Shown: positions 17,761-26,500 of the stretch, piece by piece | Layout: the number at the start of each line of letters is the position of its first letter | How positions within the stretch are numbered: the stretch's first letter is position 1 | Notes under the pieces: model-generated | What the model was told of the DNA's origin: nothing | What the model saw: only the letters and a program-made list of their open reading frames with translations | Database searches by the model: none | Source: Candidatus Binatia bacterium | GTDB lineage: Bacteria; Desulfobacterota; Binatia; HRBIN30 | Direction of reading: 5' to 3' | Assembly: GCA_038245295.1 (NCBI GenBank) | Contig: JBBRSP010000022.1 | Location: 1-64,000 of the forward strand | Length of the DNA: 64,000 nt | Program-made: the position numbers and the translations under genes

Positions 17761-18663
17761 TCAGGTCATCCCGAGGCGCTTCTTGACCAGGCCCGGGATG
17801 TCTTCAATGCGTTCGGCGATCGAGATGCCTGCCGCTTCGAGACGGGCGATTTTCTCGGCCGTCGTATCGGCTTTGCCTTCGACGATCGTCCCGGCGTGGC
17901 CGAAACGCATGCCGGGCATCTCGTCCATGAACCGACCGGCCATGAAGGCGACGATTGGCAGGCGCGACTTCTTCTCGACGACGTACGTCGCCAACTCCGC
18001 TTCCATGCGACCGCCGGGCTCGCAGTAGATGACGATAGCCTTGGTCTCCGGATCGGCCTCGAAGAGCGGCATGAGGTCAGCATAGCTGGAGCCGATGATC
18101 GCGTCGCCGCCGATCGACACCGCCGTCGACTGTCCGAGGCCGGCCGCCGTCAGCGTGTTGCCCATCTCGGTGGTCATACCGCCGGAGCGCGACATGACGC
18201 CGATTGATCCTTTGGTGAATGCCTTCTTCGCATCGACGGCGCGACCGCCGAGGCCGCCCATCTTGGCTTCGCCGGGCGACAGGATGCCGAGGCAGTTCGG
18301 TCCGATGATACGCGCGCCCTTGAGCTTGGCCATCTCGACCATCTGCGCCACTTCGAAACGCGGGATGCGCTCGGTGACGATGACGATGATCTTGACGCCC
18401 GCGTCGAGCGCTTCCATCACCGCGTCGCGCGTGAAGGCCGGCGGCACGGCAACAACGGAGCCGTCGACGTGGGACTTCTCCATGGCCTGGCGCACGGTGT
18501 CGAATACCGGGATGCCGTAGACATCGCGGCCGCCACGGCCGGGTGTGACCCCGCCGACGACCTTGGAACCATACTCGAGGCACTCGCGGCTCATGTTGAC
18601 CGCTTCGCGGCCGGTGATGCCTTGGACGATGAAGGTGGTGTCCTTGGTGATCAGAATCGACAT
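17761..18663 (-). CDS. Succinyl-CoA synthetase-like ligase alpha subunit (SucD paralog)
   Basis: VQGITG, GGVTPG, IIGPNC, SRSGG, phospho-His motif FGHAG. Confidence 0.9.
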   Translation of the reverse strand: MSILITKDTTFIVQGITGREAVNMSRECLEYGSKVVGGVTPGRGGRDVYGIPVFDTVRQAMEKSHVDGSVVAVPPAFTRDAVMEALDAGVKIIVIVTERIPRFEVAQMVEMAKLKGARIIGPNCLGILSPGEAKMGGLGGRAVDAKKAFTKGSIGVMSRSGGMTTEMGNTLTAAGLGQSTAVSIGGDAIIGSSYADLMPLFEADPETKAIVIYCEPGGRMEAELATYVVEKKSRLPIVAFMAGRFMDEMPGMRFGHAGTIVEGKADTTAEKIARLEAAGISIAERIEDIPGLVKKRLGMT

Positions 18664-18664
18664 C

Positions 18665-19873
18665 TCAAGCCCCCTTCATCTTGGCAACGGCGCGGCCGGC
18701 GGCTTCGAACATCGAAACAGAGCGATCGCAGTACTCGACGCCATAGTCTTTGAGGATTTGGAAGCCATCACCTTCCCACGAGCCGGGAATGCGGAAGATG
18801 GCGATCTTCTCCGACGGCTTGTGGCCGCTTTCGATGACCCCCTTGATGACGCCGCGGGCGACGATGTCGACGCGCGTGTTGGAGACGACGTTCATCATCA
18901 CGGCAATCTTCTTGACGCCGGGCTTGCGCAGGATGAGCTTGGTGAGCTCGCAGGTTTTGCCGACGCTGGGGTTGCCGCCGATCTCGCAATAGTTGGCCGG
19001 CTTGCCGCCGTGTTTGCGAATGGCGTCGAACAATGTCAGCGAGCCGCCGCCGGCACCGATGACGAGGCCGAGGTCGCCGTCGAACTCGACGACGTTGCCG
19101 GCGACGCCGCGCGGGTCGGATGCATCGACGGCAGCGCCGTCGATCTCGAACTGTGTTGGTGGACGCGCTTGGCGCTTCTCTTCGGGATCGATGCCGAGTT
19201 CCTTGAGGATCGCCTTCTGCGAATCGCGCGCATCATCTTCCATATCGATGTGGCCGTCGAGACAGAAGAACGTGCCGTCGTCGAGGCGCGCCAGCGGGTT
19301 GATCTCGGCGAGGGTGAGTCCGTGCGTACGGAAGATGTTGGCGAGCGAGGCGGTGATGCGTGTCAGAGCGTTCAGGGCCGAGCCTGTAATACCGACGCCG
19401 GCGACCAGCTCCTTCGCCATGTAGTCGGAGAAGGGAGTGAGCGTCGAGAAATGCCGCTTGCTGATGTGGTGCGGATGCTTCTCCGCGACCTCTTCGATGT
19501 CGATGCCGCCCATGTCGCTGAAGATCATGACCGGCAGCCGCGCGACGCCATCCCAGGTGACGCCGACGTAGTACTCCTGAGCGATCGGTGCCTTGGTCTC
19601 GACCAACACACCACGCGGCGTGTGGCCGTTGATGGTAAGAGCCAGAATCTTCTTGCAGGCTTCGGCCGCTTGCTCCGGGGTGTCTGCGAAGAGAACCCCG
19701 CCGGCCTTCATTCGACCGCCGGAGAGCACCTGTGACTTGAGCACCATCGGCCCGTTGATTTCCTTGGCGATGGCGGCCGCTTCGTCGGGCGTCTTGGCTA
19801 CTTTCGAACCCTTCGGAAGAGGTATGCCGTACTTTGCGAATAGTCGCTTCGACTCGAACTCATAGAAGCGCAT
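18665..19873 (-). CDS. Succinyl-CoA synthetase-like ligase beta subunit (SucC paralog, ATP-grasp)
   Basis: KSQVLSGGRMKAGGV, GGIDIEEVA, AEINPL, PANYCEIGG; AAGGAG RBS before ATG 19873. Confidence 0.9.
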   Translation of the reverse strand: MRFYEFESKRLFAKYGIPLPKGSKVAKTPDEAAAIAKEINGPMVLKSQVLSGGRMKAGGVLFADTPEQAAEACKKILALTINGHTPRGVLVETKAPIAQEYYVGVTWDGVARLPVMIFSDMGGIDIEEVAEKHPHHISKRHFSTLTPFSDYMAKELVAGVGITGSALNALTRITASLANIFRTHGLTLAEINPLARLDDGTFFCLDGHIDMEDDARDSQKAILKELGIDPEEKRQARPPTQFEIDGAAVDASDPRGVAGNVVEFDGDLGLVIGAGGGSLTLFDAIRKHGGKPANYCEIGGNPSVGKTCELTKLILRKPGVKKIAVMMNVVSNTRVDIVARGVIKGVIESGHKPSEKIAIFRIPGSWEGDGFQILKDYGVEYCDRSVSMFEAAGRAVAKMKGA

Positions 19874-20055
19874 CTGTGCCAACTCCTTTGCGAATGCAGT
19901 GAGCGCAGGCGGCTAGCGTGTTCGTGCCGAAAGGTCAATTTCAGACCGGCGTCTCCCCGCGCGTTCTTGCGGTAGACGCACGGTGCCGCGCAGAACCGGG
20001 CGGTTCGCGAACCGCCCCACAGTCCGCGAAAATGCGGCGCGGTGAACCTGAACCT

Positions 20056-20316
20056 TCAGCGCCGTAGGGTGCTGAGGGGGCGGGCCGGGCCGTGATGCGG
20101 GACGTTGAGAGGGACGTCGCCCATCCGCGGACGAAGATACCAGGCGGCGCGATCAAACAGCTCCTCGGCCCAGAGACGGCAGTCGTCCCGCAGGTCGGGA
20201 TCAAAGCGCCACTTGCCGAGGATGCACAACGCTTCGCGTCGTGCCGGCTCGTCGGTCGTTTGTAAAAGGGTGAACTCAAACTGCGCGAGATACTTGCTGA
20301 CGTCGATGCTTGCCAT
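20056..20316 (-). CDS. Hypothetical protein (86 aa)
   Basis: Plausible ORF in an otherwise empty gap; no recognised motif. Confidence 0.4.
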   Translation of the reverse strand: MASIDVSKYLAQFEFTLLQTTDEPARREALCILGKWRFDPDLRDDCRLWAEELFDRAAWYLRPRMGDVPLNVPHHGPARPLSTLRR

Positions 20317-20457
20317 GCCCCGTTACCCCCATTTCGCTTCGTCCATGGCACGCGTTGCATCCCCATGCGCGCGCGCCGATTTCTGTATGCCTAGGCGCGG
20401 CGAAAAGCGCAAGAAAATTCTTGGCAGTACGTCCGTTCGATTCCCAAGGGTAGGCAA

Positions 20458-20648
20458 CGTCATCCTGGTGAAAGAGACTGTCGCAAACCAAATTGGAGCA
20501 ACGTCATCCCGGTGAAAACCGGGATCTCCCCCTGCTGGACGACTCGGAAGCTGGTGAGATACCGGCTTTCGCCGGTATGACGGAGGTGTTGGCGCAGTTT
20601 CAAACGATCAATCAGGGAAAATCGACAGTCTCTTTCGCCGGAATGACG
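20458..20648. mobile_element. Nested MITE/CGTC-REP complex 3 (simplest unit, MITE 20474-20632)
   Basis: CGTCATCCTGGT-GAAA, then GAGACTGTCG..REP doublet..CGACAGTCTC, then TTTC-GCCGGAATGACG. Confidence 0.85.
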
Positions 20649-20817
20649 AAGCCTTGCGCCTTGGTTTTCAACTTCCCTCCCTACGAGAAGCTTTCCGTCC
20701 TGCGTCCGACATTCGCGCAGGCTTCGCCGCACACTGGTCACGATATGGTGTCGATGATACACCAAGGAAAAGCTCGCAGCGTGCGGGCTTCACGACATCA
20801 TGGAGAGGAAGCAAGTC

Positions 20818-22470
20818 ATGGCTGAAAGCAGTGTGAAGCCGGTGGAGTTGTCTGCCGTCGCGCAGTTGGTTGGGACCACCGAGTCCCTGGTGAAGGAAGC
20901 CCTCGAGGTCGCCGGCAAGCGTACCGACGGCGGCAAGGGGATCGACGACGAACAGGTGCACTGCGAACGCCTGGCTTATGTTGCCACAGAAGTACGCGCC
21001 GCCAAGGAATTGTTGGCGTATGCCGAAGCCGCCACTGCGGCAGGCGCAGCCGATGCCAGCACGGCCGACATGGCCGCCGTCTTTGCCGGCGAGATTGCTT
21101 TGCGCCTGGCCGGCAATGTCGATGCGCATCCGAGCGAATACGGTATCGACGACGCGCGCCTGAACGCCACCTTAGGTTCGGCGGCCAGCAAGAAGATCAT
21201 CCGTGAAGCTGTCCTCGACGGACGCGTGCGCGCCATCGGCCGCCACGTCATGAGCCAGCGCGGCATCAATCACTCGTGGATGGAGAACGAGCTCGGTCAG
21301 ATGACCCGCGACTCGGTGCGCCAGTTTGCCGAAGCCGAAGTGTCGCCGATCGCCGAGCACCTACATCGGACCGACGATCTGATCCCCGACTCACTCATCA
21401 AGAAGATGGCCGAGCTCGGCTTTTTCGGCATGGCCGTTCCAGAGGAGTTCGGCGGCGGCGGCATGGGCAATCTGCCGATGATCATCACAACAGAAGAGTT
21501 GTCACGCTGCTCACTCGCCGGGGCCGGCAGCTTGATCACGCGCCCCGAGATCCTCACCAAGGCCCTGATGAAGGGTGGCACCCAAGCGCAGAAGGATAAG
21601 TATCTGCCGCCGATAGCCGCCGGCGAAATCATGGTCGGCATTTCGGTCACCGAGCCTGACACCGGCTCCGACGTCGCGTCGGTGAAGTGCCGCGCCGACG
21701 CCACGGAGGGTGGCTATCTGATCAACGGTGCCAAGGCCTGGTGCACGTTCGCCGGACGCGCCAACGTGCTTGCCGTATTGCTGCGCACCGACCCGGATTT
21801 CAAGAAGGGCGCCAAGGGCCTGTCGCTGTTCATCGTGCCCAAGGATTCGTTCCAGGGGCACGCCTTCGAGATGAAGCAGGACAAGGGCGGCGTGCTGATC
21901 GGCAAGGCGGATCCGACACCCGGCTACCGCGGCATGCACTCGTTCACCCTGACCTTCGAAAACTACTTCGTGCCGGCACAGAATCTGGTCGGCGAAGAGG
22001 GCGGCAAGAACAAGGGCTTCTATCTGCAGATGAACGGCTTCGCCGCCGGCCGTCTGCAAACCGGCGGCCGCGCCACCGGCCTGTCGCAGGCGGCCCTCGA
22101 ACGCACGGCGGAGTACGCCAACGACCGCAAGCAGTTCGGCATGCCGATCGGCGAATTCCATCTGACGCAACACAAACTCGGCCGCATGGCGACACACATC
22201 ATGGCCGGCCGCCAGCTCACCTACGCCGGCGCGTTGTGCATGGATGCGGATGAGTCGATCGCGCTCGAGCCAGCAATGGCCAAACTGTTCACCTCGGATG
22301 TGGCCGTCTGGGTGACGCAAGAAGGCCAGCTCGTGCACGGCGGCTGGGGCTACGCCGAAGAGTTCCCGATCTCGCGTTATGTCGTCGATGCGACGGTATT
22401 GCCGATCTTCGAGGGTGTGAAGCCGATCCTCGAGCTCAAGGTGATCGCGCGTACGCTTCTGGCGGGGTAG
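20818..22470 (+). CDS. Acyl-CoA dehydrogenase with N-terminal extension, (2S)-methylsuccinyl-CoA dehydrogenase-like
   Basis: TEPDTGSD, GYRGM, RKQFG, HGGWGYAEE, IFEG; 550 aa with a ~160-aa N-terminal extension as in Mcd. Confidence 0.88.
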   Translation: MAESSVKPVELSAVAQLVGTTESLVKEALEVAGKRTDGGKGIDDEQVHCERLAYVATEVRAAKELLAYAEAATAAGAADASTADMAAVFAGEIALRLAGNVDAHPSEYGIDDARLNATLGSAASKKIIREAVLDGRVRAIGRHVMSQRGINHSWMENELGQMTRDSVRQFAEAEVSPIAEHLHRTDDLIPDSLIKKMAELGFFGMAVPEEFGGGGMGNLPMIITTEELSRCSLAGAGSLITRPEILTKALMKGGTQAQKDKYLPPIAAGEIMVGISVTEPDTGSDVASVKCRADATEGGYLINGAKAWCTFAGRANVLAVLLRTDPDFKKGAKGLSLFIVPKDSFQGHAFEMKQDKGGVLIGKADPTPGYRGMHSFTLTFENYFVPAQNLVGEEGGKNKGFYLQMNGFAAGRLQTGGRATGLSQAALERTAEYANDRKQFGMPIGEFHLTQHKLGRMATHIMAGRQLTYAGALCMDADESIALEPAMAKLFTSDVAVWVTQEGQLVHGGWGYAEEFPISRYVVDATVLPIFEGVKPILELKVIARTLLAG

Positions 22471-22482
22471 GGCCGGGTGCAC

Positions 22483-22548
22483 CGCAAGCTGAAGCTTGCG
22501 CCTACAGGTTCCGCATCAGGCACGGGTAGGCGCAGGCTTCAGCCTGCG
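22483..22548. repeat. GTAG-REP heterodoublet
   Basis: AAGC-variant 22483-22505 (-) and AGGC-variant 22526-22548 (+), between convergent genes. Confidence 0.88.
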
Positions 22549-22563
22549 GCGTACGATGCGCCG

Positions 22564-23415
22564 CTAGGCCGCCGCCAGATGCCGTTCCAAAAACAAGGCC
22601 ATGATCCCGGCACACTGCCGCCCGAGCGCCGCCTCGGCGTCGAAGGCGTGCGGCGCGCCGGCGTAGATATGCAATTCCGGTGTCGCGCCGGCAGCGACGA
22701 GGGCGCGGTACATGCGTTCCGTTTCACCGACGGGCACCACCTCATCGCGGTTGCCGCTGATCAGTAACGTCGGCGCGAAATCGGCGCGTGCGTAGGTGAT
22801 CGGGCTGGCCGCGGCGACCGTCTCCGCCCCTGTGTCACCTCCCAGGAGATGCAACACGGCGGCCGACAGATTCGGTAACACGCCGCCTGCCATCGTCATC
22901 TTCGACTCCTCTGCTGATCGCGTGATGCCGAGATTCGTCGGCGCGTAGAAGGCGATACACGCCGCGACATCGGTTGGTGTGCCGGCACTTCCACCGTCGC
23001 CGTCGAAGCCGGTGTGATTCGGCGTCGCCGCCAACATCAACGACAGATGCGCCCCGGCCGAGTTGCCCGACACGGCAATGCGCTGAGGATCAATCCCGAG
23101 CGTCGACGCGTTGGCGCGCATCCAGCGCAGCGCCGCTTTCACATCGTGGATCTGCGCCGGCCACTTGGCCTCGCCAGAGAGGCGATACTCGCACGCCACC
23201 GAGGTGTAGCCGAGGCGCCCGAGCAACACGCCGTAGCCGCGCAATTGCAAGCGATCCCCTTGGACCCAGCCGCCGCCGTGAATCAGCAGGATGCCGACGC
23301 CATTGGAGGTTCCGGCCGGCGGTGTGAAGACGTCGCAGCGTAGGTCGCGGCCACCGCCTTGTCCGAAGACGACGCCGTTGTCGATGGCCACGCGTGCACC
23401 GATGTTCTGTGTCAT
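22564..23415 (-). CDS. Alpha/beta hydrolase (BD-FAE/HSL-like esterase)
   Basis: HGGGW, GNSAGAH, GNRDEVVP, HAF. Confidence 0.9.
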   Translation of the reverse strand: MTQNIGARVAIDNGVVFGQGGGRDLRCDVFTPPAGTSNGVGILLIHGGGWVQGDRLQLRGYGVLLGRLGYTSVACEYRLSGEAKWPAQIHDVKAALRWMRANASTLGIDPQRIAVSGNSAGAHLSLMLAATPNHTGFDGDGGSAGTPTDVAACIAFYAPTNLGITRSAEESKMTMAGGVLPNLSAAVLHLLGGDTGAETVAAASPITYARADFAPTLLISGNRDEVVPVGETERMYRALVAAGATPELHIYAGAPHAFDAEAALGRQCAGIMALFLERHLAAA

Positions 23416-23469
23416 GGGCGAGCGCATACGGCGCGCCGTCCTGCGAAGTCAATGGTGGCGGCGGCTCTC

Positions 23470-23538
23470 CGCAAGCTAAAGCTTGCGCCTACCGATTCCG
23501 AGGCACCGGCGTCTGGTAGGCGCAGGCTTCAGCCTGCG
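23470..23538. repeat. GTAG-REP heterodoublet
   Basis: AAGC-variant 23470-23492 (-) and AGGC-variant 23516-23538 (+). Confidence 0.88.
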
Positions 23539-23550
23539 GTGTAGGCGTCC

Positions 23551-26500
23551 TCAACGACCGCGTCGCCGCCGGACCAGTCCCACGAGCCCGACGAGTAGCC
23601 ACACTGCATTGCCGCTGCCGACCGGCGCGACCTGACAACCTCCGTTGTCGTGCGATGGGACACGCGTCGCGGTCGGTTGCTGGGCGGTGTTGGTGGGAGC
23701 GACTGTATGCGTCCGAGTACTCGTCATTGTCGGGGGGACATGATCTACGATGGTCGGCGAGGCGGTCGGCGGTGGGGTTGGTGTCGCGACCTGGGTGTTG
23801 GTCCGCGTCGCGGTCAGGGTCGGGCCTTCGATTGCTACCGTGCCGAAGGATACGATCTCCGACGCATTACCGCTGCCATCCATCGTTCGCCCGGCGACGT
23901 ACACGGTGGACGGATGGCCCGCGTGGGTCAGGTTGAAGTTGACGGTTGCCACTTGGTCCCGCCCGGCGGTGGTTGGGAGCATGGATGCCGAGGCGTGAGC
24001 GGCGGCCTGGAATTGCGCCTGGTCAACGATGGGATTCGGCGAGAACCGGACATCGAACGTGGCCACCGGCCCACAGTAACCGTCGTCACCGGGCACCCCG
24101 ACGAGTCGGAGCGAAATGTCCTCGCCCGATCCGATCGTGGACAGCAGCTGAGCGTTCTTCAACCCCATCGGCGCCACCGCATCCGTCGCATAATTCCCCG
24201 TACTCGTCGCATCGTGATGATACTGCGGCCACGGCGCCGCACCACACGCATCACCGCGTGTCGTCCAGACGAAGAGATTCCCTTCGCGCGTCAGACTCGC
24301 GACGTCGCGTTTACCGTCACCGTCGATGTCGCCGGTGGCTGGCGTCGTCACCGTCCAGCCGCCGGTGAACTTCGGCCAGCCGGCCGGCGAGATGCCGTCG
24401 CGATCATACGCATTCACGTCGTAGATACCGGATCCGGAAAGTGTCTCCGGGAAGCCGTCGCCCGAGATGTCGGCGACCGAGGGCGACGAGAGGAACTGTT
24501 GATCGGCGGCCAGGCGCGGAAAGGCCGGGCGGAACTTGAGCGAAGCCAGGCTGCCGTCTGCGTTCGTGACATCCCACACGCCAACGAGATTGTCCGAGGG
24601 ATATTGCTTTCCGGGTAGGTTTGCATCGAGCGCCTGGCCCAACCCGGCCGACGGCGCAACGAATTGAAAGCCCTGACCGGCGCCGTTCATTTCAGCAAAG
24701 ACGCCACCGCCGAGCCCGGGGTACGCCGGTATGTCGGTGGACGGTGAGCCCGGGCCGAAGTTCTGTGCGCCAAGGGTGATCGGCAGATTGGTGCCGGTCT
24801 TGCCGAGGAAAGACGTCCCGTCACCATTCCACACGTACGCCGGTCCGAGGAAGGCGAAGACCCCAATCTCCGGTTTGCCGTCGCCATTGAGGTCGGCCAA
24901 AGCCGGGGAGCCGTTGATGCCGCTACCGACGGTCGGCAGCAACTCGGTGGTCAGCATCGCCACCTTGACCGGCCAGCCGGGTTTGAACGCATCCGGATTC
25001 CAACCGCGATCAATCGGGTGGCTGCCGTGGGCGACGCCATCGTTGTTGATGGCGTAAAGACGGCCGTTGCCGCTCTCGAGTAAACCGCCGGCCTGGAACA
25101 GTTGGATGAGCAGACTGTCGAAGAAAGCGTTGGGTCGCTCGCGATACTCTTCATTGACGGCGGCGACGACGTCGAGTTTGCCGTCGCCATCGATATCACC
25201 GACCGAAGGCGGCACGATGATCTTGGTGCCGTATGCTTGCTTGGCGTTGGCATTGAGCACCAACTCGTTGGTGATCGGGTCGACGCTGGCGACCTTGGCA
25301 GGATCGCGTAACATCACCGGCCAACCGTGTACCGGATCGCCGTTGTTGTGCCAGGCATAGAGATGGCGATCGGCCGAGCCGGCCAGGATCTCGAGCGAAC
25401 CGTCGGCCGAACCATCGAGGTTGGCCAGCACCGGGCCGCAGCCGAAGCCGCGCCCCAGGCGATTATCGATGTTATGGCGATTGGTGAGATCGGGGACTCT
25501 ACCGGTGGGTGTGCCGAGGTCGCGCTCCGACCGATGGCTGTACGAGTAGTCGGCTATCGTCGAGACCGGAAAACCAGGTCGACGAACACCCTGCGTGTCC
25601 CATACGTAGACGTGTCCCTGCAGATCATTGGCGACCACTTCCATGCGACCGTCGCGATCGAGGTCGCCGACAGCGGGCGAGCCGAGGATACTGCTATACA
25701 CGCTCGACGACACACCCGCGGCGTAGGCGCGCGAGCCGGTATGTATCTCGCGCAGATTCGTGTGCACCGGCCAGCCGGGTAGCTCCGTCAGGCTGCGGGT
25801 ACGGAAGGCGTGCACGATGCCGTCCGAGGTCGCCACGATCAGATCGTCGACGCCATCACCATCGAGGTCCGCGAACACCGGTGACGCGGCGCCGTCGCTG
25901 CCGAGGTAGACAGGCTCGTCGGTCACCAAATCGGCATCACGGTGCAGGAAGAACGCTTTTCGATCCTCGCCGGCGTTGCCGTGGCTGTCGACGACGCGCA
26001 CGCGCACCGTGACGGTGAAGCGGTCGGGATCGGGCCTGCCGTTCGCGTCGACAGCAACGCCCTCGATACCGTGCGGCATACGCGCAATCAGAGCCGCGAG
26101 CGGGATGGTCGCGAGAGTGCCGGTGAGGGCCTGAGTCTGGTTCGCACTCATCGTCCCTACCGGCTCGAAGTCATTGGCCTTGGGCTGCACACCGGGAGCG
26201 ACGTCGACCAGGTAGGTGTACGAGGCGGCGCGATTGGCGGCGACGCGCCCGTGTACCTCGATCGAATCGCCGCCGGCGATGGTCTGGAACCAGCGCGGCG
26301 AGTCGATCGCCGCCTCGGGCGGAATCTTGCCGTTGACGACGCGGCGCACGGCACTGTTGGCGTTCATGCGCCCGTAGCCGAAGTATTGATCAAACCCTTC
26401 GATCGACGGAAAGCGCGAACTCGAGACGACGCCAGGGTAGGGCGAGTCGAGTGAGTAGTTCTGCGGCAACGGTGGATCGAGGTCAGGGCGGGCATCGAAG

